This document shows positions 1 to 10,060 of a DNA stretch of 32,584 bases, in pieces. The notes under the pieces were generated by a model, which saw only the letters and a list, made by a program, of their open reading frames with translations, had not been told where the DNA came from and did no database searches. Origin of the DNA: Phoronis australis (Eukaryota; Animalia; Phoronida); NCBI GenBank assembly GCA_002633005.1, contig NMRA01001268.1, forward strand, positions 1 to 32,584. Direction: 5' to 3'. Within the stretch, counting starts at the first letter, position 1, and each line of letters starts with the position of its first letter. A program made the position numbers and the translations under genes.

Positions 1-93
1 TTCTTTGACCTAATTTGCTCGAGACGTTCTCAACATAAACTATTGAATTCGGTTGATGACATGGTAAAAACGATAACCAGAAGTCGATTGCAC

Positions 94-289
94 CAGCGGC
101 AAATCTGCGTTTTCAGTAAGAGGGGTATAGGATTCGAGCGAATTCGAGGCGTGTAGCAAACCCCCTCCCGTGTAAGATCTTTGTAGTTTTTAGTAGCTGA
201 TTTTGTTTTTCTGGCGACATTTTTTAATTTTTACTTTTGATTGTGTGTCGAGGGGGGGGTTGAACCACCCCTGTATAGATCTGCCTCTG
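94..289. mobile_element. Small non-autonomous DNA element (MITE-like) with imperfect TIRs
   Basis: Left end CAGCGGCAAATCT; right end AGATCTGCCTCTG (reverse complement CAGAGGCAGATCT); internal G/C runs. Same terminal type as 12781 and 32566. No clean TSD. Confidence 0.4.
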
Positions 290-416
290 CGGACATGCAC
301 AATCCTCAATGTTCAAATTATGTGGGTGTATTATTTTTACACTGAAAACCCTTTTCAACACAATCGTCATTCAAGCTTACCTGAATTACTGCCTCCCGGT
401 GTGGGGCGCTGCATCT

Positions 417-1037
417 TACATGGATATGAAAACTGTCAGGCTATTCAAAATATGGCTGCACGCCTTATACTGGGAGTTGGTGTGAGATATATTAATATTG
501 AAAACCTCAATATGGAGAAGGGAATAATGATAATACACGATGACATAGGGTCTCACAGCCATCCAATTTCAATTTGCTCAAAAACCCGAAATGAAACTGG
601 TAAAAATTCATTTAATACAGCGGGGCTTATTTCTGGCGGAGTACTTTCCCCTCCGATTCCAAATCAGCATCATCCTTAGTAAGTTTTCATACCATAATTA
701 TCAGAAGTCAATTTTTAATCAGAAGTGTTCTGTGTACATGGGTATGAAAACTGTCAGGCTATTCAAGATATGGCTGCACGCATTATACTGGGAGTTGGTG
801 TGAGATATATTAATATTGAAAACCTCAATATGGAGATGGGAATAATGATAATACACGATGACATAGGGTCTCACAGCCATCCAATTTCAATTTGCTCAAA
901 AACCAGAAATGAAACTGGTAAAAAATCATTTAATACAGCGGGGCTTATTTCTGGCGATTCCAAATCAGTATCATCCTTAGTAAGTTTTAATACCATAATT
1001 ATCAGAAGTCAATTTTTAATCAGAAGTGTTCTGTGTA
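417..1037. repeat. Tandem duplication, 318 bp unit x2
   Basis: TACATGG(A/G)TATGAAAACTGTCAGGCTATTCAA starts at 417 and 735. Copies are nearly identical; the second lacks 17 bp (GAGTACTTTCCCCTCCG) between CG microhomologies. Confidence 0.95.
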
Positions 1038-1282
1038 CCAAATGTGCCTTAAATATCCTCAGACCAACCTATTTTTTATTTATATACATGATGATATACA
1101 TGATTTCATGTACTTTATTAACTGTTTTTAATCATTTATGAAGACATTATTTATTCATGTTAATTGTCTCATAATTTTAGTATCGTCTATTTATAGTTTC
1201 TTTATTATTCATTTTGTTTCATCAGTCTTCCCATGTCAGTTTCATATTCATCATTGATCGTTTAAGTGTTGTCTTTCATTTT

Positions 1283-1388
1283 TCTAAGTCTGTATGTCCA
1301 TGGAAAACAACATGAAGGGCCAGACTACCCCATTGTACGTATATAGGCCTATTTATATCGGTACAAATAAATAAATAAATAAATAAAA
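1283..1388 (+). repeat. Probable 3' tail of a non-LTR retroelement ending in (AAAT)n
   Basis: T-rich tract, then CCATGGAAAACAAC...GACTACCC, then about 5 AAAT units. Resembles CR1/L2-type tails; family not established. Confidence 0.3.
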
Positions 1389-1830
1389 GAATGAAAGTGT
1401 AATCAAATATTAGGTCTAATGTACATAATAAAATATTGTGTGATGTTGACATTTTCAGAAAATACATCAGATAACGCACCTGGGTTAGGTTGCAAAACGA
1501 TCTAATAATATGAAACGAACAGCTCAACTTGCGGAAGTAAACAAAGATTACATGGTTAGAGGTCACCTACTCTGACTGACACGAGCAGAGGTCACCTACT
1601 TGACCTCCCTGCGCGCGCACAGACCCCAGCTCTTCCGGGTGTAGTAGGGAAAAGAAGCGTGGCCTTTTCGCGTAGCCGACCATGATTAGCAGACGACGTA
1701 CTTGCCGGAAATTGCCCCAGATAATTTAGCCAGGTGTCGCCAGTGATGACATAAGGGCTTGTGCGTAAGGTCGCAGATTTCGTCCATTGAAAGTATACGG
1801 AGTTGGCGGTCCATGTACTATAGTCTATGA

Positions 1831-2563
1831 TAGCAATGACTCTTTTTGTCCTGGCGATTTTCCAAATGGGTCATCCGAGTCAGTTTGTTTGCTACAGAGG
1901 CTTCTAACGCAAATATTGTAGTCAAATGCAGTAACTGGTTAGCCTACTGAACCTCTCTTTAGAAATCAAGCTCACCCGGGTTATTGCCAACGCCGTCAGG
2001 TGTTGCTCTCTGACGGTCGCTAAGGTATATGTACGTCTTTAGGTGACAAGACTGTTTCGTTGGTTCACGAGTTAAAGGTAGCCCAAGAAATGAAAACCAA
2101 TTATTAAAAAACTGGAATGGCCTCTTGGTATTGTTTTCGATGGCAAAAATTACAGTAGTATAATGTCGTGTTTTTCGTCAAAAACCCGCTAGGGGAAGTA
2201 ACCTGACTGGATGTAGGTAAGAGACATTGAAGTGATCACGTACAAAATGAACGCCGTGATAGTGAAAAACGGTGTTTTTCTTAGTTTTGACGGTCACCAA
2301 CAGTTTCACAGGCTTTCGACCCTCCCTCTGCATGTAGTCACTACTAATATTGACTAAAATTCAAGTCCCCTGACTGGCCACCTGCCTGCCTGTCTGCTCC
2401 TGGGTGTCCCTGTCAGCCGCCAAGAATTCGGGCCCAACGCTTTACCCGAGAAAATCTCTGCGACATAATAGATGGCGGGACAACAATATCAACAAGAACA
2501 CTAAGGTAGAATGTCCAAATCCATGACAGAACAGAAAATTAACCACAAATTCTATGCAACAGC
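1831..2563. repeat. Dispersed repeat, copy 1 (unclassified, ~730 bp)
   Basis: Colinear, same-orientation match to 29030-29826 with shared blocks CCGGGTTATTGC, CATTGAAGTGATCACGTACAAAA, AATATTGACTAAAATTCA, CCGAGAAAATCTCT and AATCCATGACAGAACAGAAAATTAACCACAAATT. Confidence 0.9.
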
Positions 2564-3715
2564 CGACTAGTGAAACAGCTCAGTGGTTTTAAGATCAACT
2601 GGAATTATTGTTATGTTCTCAAATTTACAAAACGCAACTTTCAGTGCTTATATTTCAAAACTGCCAATGTCAATATGAGCTAAAAACAGATACATGTAGG
2701 GTCCAATGTCGCCAAGTTACAGGCAAATGTCAGAAATCTTGAACTTTACTTACAACTATTACTGTATTCTCGGTCATCTTCACATTCTCCATCACTTTCA
2801 TGTGCCCTGGCCGCTTAGCTAAGGTTTTCAGCGCCCGTGGGCAATAATACCATGATGCAAACCTCAGCTTGTCCATCATTATAAAAGTTTGTGATTCAGG
2901 TTCTATTTTAAATCTACACTGAATTCTCCGTTAGAGACGAGAACTAAATAGTGTCTGCATTTAACAGGGAGACTTCTTGTGTGCCAGCTTGCCCTCTGAC
3001 ACAGCGCCGCCCATGCTGAAAAGTTGTACATGTCACAGCACTGTGAAAGAGTGTAGTGTACAACCTAGTCTCTCCAGGCAGTCGGTAAAAGCAGTTCAAA
3101 GCTGGTCGTAAACGATACTGACGAAAATCTTTTTGATTCGCTCATGCTCTAGCTGTTTCAATCGACAAATCGCATAAAATGTTAGACTTGCCTAAAGTGC
3201 CAGATTAGTCATGCCAAGTTGATTAGGTATCCCCATCACGTTCCTACAGAGGGTAGTGTGGTGCCCGGAGGATAGGCAATCCATGACTGTAAAATGCTGC
3301 AGCTTACTAGGGCCTCGCGGGAAACAGGAGCCTCGTCACTGAGATTGACAGGGTTTTAAAAACAAGGGCCCCGGCCTCGGATTAGAGGTGAGGCAGTATT
3401 AGTTCGTGACAATGCTGGTGAACTTAATAACTGCCTCCAGGCTCTAGTGGAAAGGCAGAATCAGACTTGTCTGAAGAGTTTAATGTACAACCCAGAAACA
3501 AAACTGCACGTAGCCTAACTCTGTCTATAAGTTGAGAAAGGACCCAATGAATATTTATTTACTGTACATCTGCACAGTCCTTTCTCACTACAAAATCATT
3601 TACAACAGACATAGATGTGACGATAAGTATCTCAAGTAGCTAGCTAGCTCAAGCCATTTAATGGATATGACAATCCTGATACGACCATTTACCCACTGTC
3701 CCCACGTCCACCCAC

Positions 3716-3886
3716 CTCTCTTGAATGCAGTCCACAGCTGGTCCTTACTGACGCACTGCTCAAAGGAGTATGGCAGTTTCACACTGCCTGCGCAAACATA
3801 CCAAAACAGGATGCCAAAGGCATAGACGTCTACGCTGTTGTCATAGCTACCACTGAAGAGCTCTGGTGCCATGTGAATAGGTGTAC
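3716..3886 (-). pseudogene. DSTYK: DSTYK exon 6 of window (kinase subdomains VIII-X)
   Basis: TTTCAG|GT ACA CCT...: [56 protein letters not shown]; donor G|GTGGGT; 171 nt. Confidence 0.9.
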
Positions 3887-4520
3887 CTGAAATTAAGAAT
3901 TAATTAAATAATCATAAAGAAACCTCAAATTGATAAATCATAGAATAAAATTTTAAGTGAAAAACAAAGAAAGAAATACTAAATGTCTCTCTTAAGCTGC
4001 AGATGTCGAGTTTCAATGTAAGGTCTTAGACCATACCCTTATAGTAACAACGGCAGAACACGCTACTGCCAGTTAGAAATGTTAGATATTCATGTTCAAA
4101 TTCCAAATCAGTCGCCAGTTGTTATCTCATCTATTGATATGCAGATGTCCACGCATGGTATTTGAGAGAAAAGCTTGTGGTTTGGACCGTCAATAAGGGG
4201 AGTTTAAAGGCGAAGGCAACCTTTTTGCATGTCATTTTGAGCAAAAATAAGGTTCGTTGACTATCCCAGACACATTATTTTTTCATTAAATTACAGCTTT
4301 TCGTAATTTAATTGATAAATCGTCCTCTACTCCGGAAGTGACATTTTGGGAGGCAAGAATTTCGCGCCAATTTGGTTCTGTGTTGAGTTTACTGTGAGGA
4401 TCTGTACTACTTTTGTTGTCGTGCTGTTTTTTAAAATTGTCGCCACTTCTCATCGAGGAGTATTTTACGACAAGCTAGGTTATTAGAGAACTCACTTACG
4501 TTGGATTTAGGGGTTGTTTA

Positions 4521-5296
4521 GTTTGTGTTAATCTGAAAATGGCTAGAGTCGGCGACCCATATCTCAGTGAAAGTAGAGTAGTGATGCGTGTGAGTAACGG
4601 AGAGTGTTCATAGCAGTGGTGACGAGGAATTTTTTCACGGACAGTCAGTGGGTGGGTATATGTTGGAGCCCGAGTATAATGATCAGGCAGAGTACTCACA
4701 AGCACAACTGTCTCATTTGCCCGAGTGCCCCGCGACACGCTCCCACTGAGCACACAAACTGCTAACATCCCGCCGTGTGACCCTCTCGCCACACACATGG
4801 CACCTTCTAGATACATGTAGCTACAATGCTTCAGACAAGTCCGCAATAAACTTATCGAAGTTTGGCTCACCGATCTTTTTATTGGACGACGAATTGTCCT
4901 CTTCTCTGGTTTGTGTTAATCTGAAAATGGCTAGAGTCGGCGACCCATATCTCAGTGAAAGTAGAGTAGTGATGCGTGTGAGTAACGGAGAGTGTTCATA
5001 GCAGTGGTGACGACGAATTTTTTCACGGACAGTCAGTGGGTGGGTATATGTTGCAGCCCGAGTATAATGATCAGGCAGAGTACTCACAAGCACAACTGTC
5101 TCATTTGCCCGAGTGCCCCGCGACACGCTCCCACTGAGCACACAAACTGCTAACATCCCGCCGTGTGACCCTCTCGCCACACACATGGCACCTTCTAGAT
5201 ACATGTAGCTACAATGCTTCAGACAAGTCCGCAATAAACTTATCAAAGTTTGGCTCACCGATCTTTTTATTGGACGACGAATTGTCCTCTTCTCTG
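4521..5296. repeat. Tandem duplication, 388 bp x2, inside the transposon
   Basis: GTTTGTGTTAATCTGAAAATGGCTAGAG starts at 4521 and 4909; only about 3 substitutions seen between the copies. Confidence 0.95.
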
Positions 5297-5880
5297 GGTA
5301 TCGAACTGGACCTGTATACTCCCCCTACTTAACTTCAATGCAGAGCTGCTTAGAGGCTCTGGGCTAGAGACAACAGCACAGGGCGAATCACTGCTAGTTC
5401 CTGGAATTGCATGCTCTGGGGGTACGTTGGGAGGCAAATGTGACAGCAGATGAAGTGCCTCCAGTCACTGTACATAGTGGCTCGCGAGGCTTCTCGCTTC
5501 AAAAACGTACTTCTCTCTTCAAAAGCGCGACGGGCACTGCCAGGAATTAGGAGCCACGGTATGGCACCCTTCTTGACGCGTTGTTTCACAGGGATCTTCG
5601 CCAATTTAGCGTACATATCTCTCTCGTTATCTGACGACAGAAAATGCTTGCAACACACTCGGTAACCCTCCACTGCTTTGAACGTTGCGTGGACGGGTAA
5701 CGGTGCGTCACCCGAACGAGCCAAGTACTGACGGCGAAGTGTGTCATCCTCCGGAAGAGATGCAAAGCAGGATTCCCAAAACGCGCTTGAGACGACAATG
5801 AGTACATTCTGGTACGCAGCAACAGTGTGGCATGTTGACTGACTCGTAAACAAAAACAAACAACGACCGAACACATCACA
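5100..5880 (-). pseudogene. Frameshifted transposase N-terminus: THAP zinc finger followed by a CxxC...GH module
   Basis: MCSVVVC in one frame, then FASLPEDDTLRRQYLAR...YRVCCKHFLSSD...RVKKGAIP in another (THAP C2CH plus AVP-like box). Downstream KFIADLSEAL*LHVSRRCHVCGE...AGHSGK*DS. No DDE core seen. Confidence 0.75.
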
Positions 5881-6325
5881 ACTAAGGTAGAAGAATGACT
5901 GGCTATAAAACTCTCACAGTCAGACCATATGAACAGAAATTGGCGCGAAATTCTTGCCTCCCAAAACGTCACTACCGGAGTAGAGGATGGGTAATTAATT
6001 AAATTACAAAAAGCTGTAATTAGGTGAAAAAGATGTCTAAGATAATCAACTAACCTTATTTTTTTCTGAAAATGACATGAAAAAAATGTTGCCTTCCCCT
6101 TCAAGACGAGCAACTATATCATTTTTTATGGTTGCGGAGAGCATGATTAAACGGGGAGTCCTGACTGATTTATTGAGCTTTCAACCAATGTCATATTTAT
6201 CGTTTGTGTTTAAATACCCATAGAATATTTCATAAACATGCAATGTAGACTACCAGCAAGTACCAAAGATACAAACAGCAGTCAGTCACATCACAAAATG
6301 CCGTGTCATTAGGCAAGACTGCAAA

Positions 6326-6483
6326 CCTACAATACTCCCAGTCATTGTTACCTCAGGCCAGACACTGCCTACCTACAATACTGCCACTCATTGTTACCTC
6401 AGGCCAGACACTACATACCTACAATACTGCCACTCATTGTTACCTCAGGCCAGACACTACCTACCTACAATACTGCCACTCAT
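6326..6483. repeat. 46 bp tandem repeat (~3.5 units) spanning the donor of DSTYK exon 5
   Basis: CCTACAATACT starts at 6326, 6372, 6418 and 6464. Minus-strand unit ATGAGTGGCAGTATTGTAG|GTAGGTAGTGTCTGGCCTGAGGTAACA. Confidence 0.95.
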
Positions 6484-6543
6484 CATTGCCTCTGGCTTGC
6501 AGAAGCCCAGGTCGGTTATCTTCCCTCGGTTCCTCTTGTCCAG
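6465..6543 (-). pseudogene. DSTYK: DSTYK exon 5 of window (DLG motif, activation loop)
   Basis: TTTCAG|[27 protein letters not shown]|GTAGGT; 79 nt. Confidence 0.9.
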
Positions 6544-6863
6544 CTGAAAGAACGTCAGGTTTCTTAACAATAACAGAATAATGTCAGTGTCGTACATACA
6601 GGAACAGCTGAAGCCTGGAAATTTACAGATTGTTGAAAAAAAAAACTTACTAGCAATCTTAAACAATACAAAGATGTAGTCCAATAAGTTGGCAAAACAT
6701 GCCCATTGACTGACAGTTGAGCTATTTTTTATGGAATTCACAAAAATATTTGTCAGTTCAAACAAGACATTGATTTTATCGCCACATACTGCCATTTTGG
6801 TTGCTATGAACACATATCAGGCTGATATTTCTGTCTGATATCCTGTGAGTCAGTGCTACTCAC

Positions 6864-6954
6864 CAATGCATTCTTCAGCTTGATAACATGATGTACCAGA
6901 CCTTGACTATGTAGAAACCTCATTCCCTCTACTACATCTATGGCAACTTGAAGT
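6864..6954 (-). pseudogene. DSTYK: DSTYK exon 4 of window (catalytic loop, mutated)
   Basis: TGTAG|[31 protein letters not shown]|GTGAGT; 91 nt. Confidence 0.9.
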
Positions 6955-7394
6955 CTACATGAGAAAGAGGAGTGAAAACGATTAGTATAACATAATACCA
7001 ATCGTAACAATGAGAGCAATATCCGTAGAAGAAATGTTCCAACGTAAATAATTGTGAACAGACCAAGTGAAAGGGATCGCTTCCACCAAATAGTGTCGTG
7101 TATATATTAATACAAAATATTCAGCACTAGTCGCTTGCAGGGGTCGCGCGTTTTCGGAACCAGTGTTCTTTATTGAATAAGAGCCATCAAACTAGTTCTC
7201 AAAATGTTTGTAAGTCAACTTGTCATTGGCTGTGCTGAAATTATTTTATAATTAGATAACTACCTTACTGATGTGTTCAGACTAAAATTACTACTTCATG
7301 GTCACAGCTCCACATCACCCAAACTAAACAGATGAAATATCAGTGTAAAGTTACATGGGAGATAATCCTAAGAATAGCGACCTTATACACTAAC

Positions 7395-7544
7395 CTGCTT
7401 GGCCAGTCTAGCCCTGTCCTTATCGCTGAGTAGAGGTCTCTAGTGAGCCTGTCGATAATGAGCAAGACAGCAGGACCTCCGCCGTAATTAGAGTCAATAA
7501 CAGAACCCCTTAAGTTGACTACACGGTCGTGTTCTGGCACATTT
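7395..7544 (-). pseudogene. DSTYK: DSTYK exon 3 of window
   Basis: CATCAG|A NVPEHDRVVNLRGSVIDSNYGGGPAVLLIIDRLTRDLYSAIRTGLDWPS AG|GTTAGT; 150 nt. Confidence 0.9.
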
Positions 7545-7788
7545 CTGATGGAAGTAAGCCAACATGTCAATAGACAAAATGACAGATTGCGAAGGATATG
7601 GAATCAGTTTCAAACGAAAAAGATGCCAGTTTAGAGCTCCCAAATTTTGAAAAAAATGATGTTTATATTCCTACTAACTGAAAAACACTAATTAAACTGA
7701 TGAACATTAACATTAGCAAACAATTGAAGATATCTACCATGAACAACTTCCAATGCTCAAATTATATAAACAAGACACCTGTTCTTAC

Positions 7789-7945
7789 TTGGTATAGTAA
7801 AACTCTAAAGCTAAGTCATTCCAGTGCTTCTCATCAGGGGGCACCACAGTCTTTACAGCACACCGTGAGAAGACAGCCCACATGTCACAAGAGTAAACGA
7901 CCCCGTACTGACCTCGCCCTACTTCACGACTCATTTGAGGCATTC
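7789..7945 (-). pseudogene. DSTYK: DSTYK exon 2 of window (Gly-rich loop, catalytic Lys); not in the ORF track
   Basis: CACCAG|[55 protein letters not shown]|GTAAGA; 157 nt. Confidence 0.9.
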
Positions 7946-8052
7946 CTGGTGAAGAAGTGGATAGCTGATTACATAATGATTTTTAATTCGTATAAAGGCG
8001 TTATCAATGACTTTCTTTATTGGTTTAAAGTGCCGTGAACTACACAATCAGT

Positions 8053-8078
8053 AACAAAACAAAACAAAACAAAACAAA
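8053..8078. repeat. (AAAAC)n microsatellite
   Basis: About 5 units: AACAAAACAAAACAAAACAAAACAAA. Confidence 0.8.
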
Positions 8079-8783
8079 TTACTAGTTTAAACGTGACACT
8101 CCTAACAATTGGATCCAAGACTGTTGTGGCACTAAACAACCAGTTGTCATTGGTTTCTTCTTTTGGGAAGTTGAATTCATGATACACTGTTATTCAGGCC
8201 AGTTCACAGATGGTGAAAACAATAATAATCGATGGATAAAATACAGTTCCCGTCATGGCAGTGAATTCCGCTTATAGTCATCGTTATGGCAAAATCTTGA
8301 TCATATACTGTAACAATGTTTTCCTGATCGTTAACTCTATTGGAAATTTCCTTCACCATTTCCCGTCACGGCGAACGCTACTGCGACGCTGAATTCTTAC
8401 ATTCAGATGCCAAAACAACCAATTGCATCACATTTTGTACTTTGTACTTTTGTAGTGCACTGAACATGTCAGGACAAGGTGAACGACGCTTACTGCTAGC
8501 ACTTAATTTCACACTGAATTACGGTTTAGGTGATGCAAAACAATGGCTTCCAAACACGGTTATCAAAAATTGGGCCCACCTCTTATAGCTATTCTATTAG
8601 ATTTCTCCTCCAAATTAAGATTAAAAACACTTTAGTCCATTACAAATATGGATTGCACTTTTTAGATGTCATAAAACAACATTTGCTAATGTTCTTCATT
8701 GTATGCAAGCCTGTAATCAGCTCTTGAAAAACGAATAAAAGATTCTGGCAATTATTTGAATTTGAGCGAAACACGTGGAGAAT

Positions 8784-8980
8784 GAGCGTACCATACATAC
8801 ATGTAAGACAGCCGCTGAGTGAGATACTCTCAAGAGCGTACCATACACAAGATAGCCCGGCCTGAGTGAGATACTCTCAAGAGCGTACCATACATAAGAT
8901 AGCCCGGCCTGAGTGAGATACTCTCAAGAGCGTACCATACATACATGTAAGATAGTCCCTGAGTGAGATACTCTCAAGAG
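8784..8980. repeat. 47-50 bp tandem repeat x4 spanning the donor of DSTYK exon 1
   Basis: GAGCGTACCATAC starts at 8784, 8834, 8881 and 8928; each unit ends in TGAGTGAGATACTCTCAA. Confidence 0.95.
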
Positions 8981-9150
8981 ACAGCTTGGCTACTGTTGGC
9001 GCATGAAACTTGCGAATCTTCAGTCGTTGCTCCTCCGTTCGCTACAGGCTGCCATTATGTTTCACTTCGAGTTGTTTCAATGCCGCGTTAAAAGCGTCAA
9101 GGGAATGTCTTAGTCGGTGATTGAATTGAGCGCAGATACTTATTGCTAAC
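8936..9150 (-). pseudogene. DSTYK: DSTYK exon 1 of window (pre-kinase helical region) with premature stop; not in the ORF track
   Basis: TTTTTTAG|G LAISICAQFNHRLRHSLDAFNAALKQLEVKHNGSL*RTEEQRLKIRKFHAPTVAKLSLESISLRDYLTCMY G|GTACGC; 215 nt. Confidence 0.85.
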
Positions 9151-9953
9151 CTAAAAAACAAAATATTTTGTGATAACCACATTTAACGAGGTTTTCATAA
9201 GTATTTCATTTACTCCTAAATGTTTGAAACTTTTTTCGCTTCAACGGTGCAACAAAATCTGTGCCTTCTGTTAGAAAATCAACTTTTGATTTTGGCCACT
9301 TAGGGATATAAGATCAATCTTATCTTGTTCTTCACTGGGACAGGGAATGATTTATAAGTTTGAAAACAACCGACAGACCATTATTGTCTCAGGTCAAACT
9401 CATGAAATCTGGTCCCTGGTTTATACACAGGCATACACTGAGCAGTGACGCGTATCGCCACACAATTAAGGAAAGGTAGAAAAAGGTTGGCAAGCCAAGA
9501 TTACAGTTAAAGAATATAAATCGGTAAATAAAACACAAACAAGAATGGATCAACTGAAATTTGAAATTTTCGGTGGTAACAACTTCCTTTATCAACAAAA
9601 CAGAAATAAAGTAAAATCAAACACAAAATGACAATTGACATATAAGATATGGTGTAATGAAAATGATACATTTTTGCGTAAAAAATTCAATGACATATTT
9701 TAAGTTTTTATGTTCAATCCATGAGGTTCTATTGTATTCAGTTTGTCTATCCAATATTGTTCTCTTTTAAGTCTGTGAGGGGTACTGGGGTGTTGGAGTT
9801 TTTCTATTATTTGTACAGAAAGATCTTGAATATTATGGTTTTTGGAATTGAAATGATTACCTACAGTATCAGAAATGTTTTTATGTATTATGTTAAATCT
9901 ATGATTACGAAACCGAGTTAAAGAATGAAATTCTTTTTTACTTAATTGTTTCA

Positions 9954-10060
9954 GAGCAAAGTACGGTATTCCTAGGATTTTAAATCATGAAAGTTTTGTT
10001 ATATCAGAACATGAGGTTTGGAAATTAGACAGTTATTTATTGTGTTCGAAAAGGTTTACG
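9954..10060. repeat. Dispersed repeat fragment, related to 22604-22716
   Basis: Shared GAGCAAAGTACGGTATT..CTAGG...GAAAGTTT...AGGTTTGGAAATTAG...TTCGAA. Confidence 0.7.

Larger units (their letters stand above)
4208..6100 (-). mobile_element. Kolobok-like DNA transposon, internally deleted and decayed, in a DSTYK intron
   Basis: Imperfect TIRs of ~170 bp (4208-4378 vs ~5931-6100) beginning AGG(C/G)GAAGGCAAC; flanks TTAA (4204-4207) and TCAA (6101-6104); internal THAP coding remnant. TTAA target, RR...YY termini and THAP are Kolobok hallmarks. Confidence 0.8.
3716..9150 (-). pseudogene. DSTYK: Partial, disabled copy of dual serine/threonine and tyrosine protein kinase (DSTYK/RIPK5), 6 exons
   Basis: Six GT-AG exons with compatible phases splice into LAISICAQF...GRGQYGVVY...[16 protein letters not shown]...[13 protein letters not shown]...[30 protein letters not shown]...[16 protein letters not shown], which matches DSTYK as I recall it. 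In-frame TAG at 9042-9044; HRD changed to HHV at 6885-6893. Confidence 0.9.

Noticed and set aside
203-1141. Paired ORFs 203-679 and 725-1141 with near-identical peptides
   Set aside because: Products of the 318 bp tandem duplication; non-ATG starts and no recognisable domain.
1589-1606. AGGTCA-N6-TGACCT nuclear-receptor-like element
   Set aside because: A single short motif inside a small local duplication; cannot be distinguished from chance or repeat-derived sequence.
2900-3600. Searched for the final DSTYK exon (RPERLP...CWxLM..CW)
   Set aside because: No matching minus-strand translation found by eye.
4496-5258. Twin ORFs MSQT(S/L)ISLLRTCLKHC
   Set aside because: Off-frame readings of the duplicated transposase relic.
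8784-8980. CRISPR-like look (constant block plus variable middle), also at 6326-6483 and 18467-18526
   Set aside because: The variable parts are homologous rather than unique spacers; two of the arrays derive from kinase exons and the third from a MITE; the context is eukaryotic with no cas genes.
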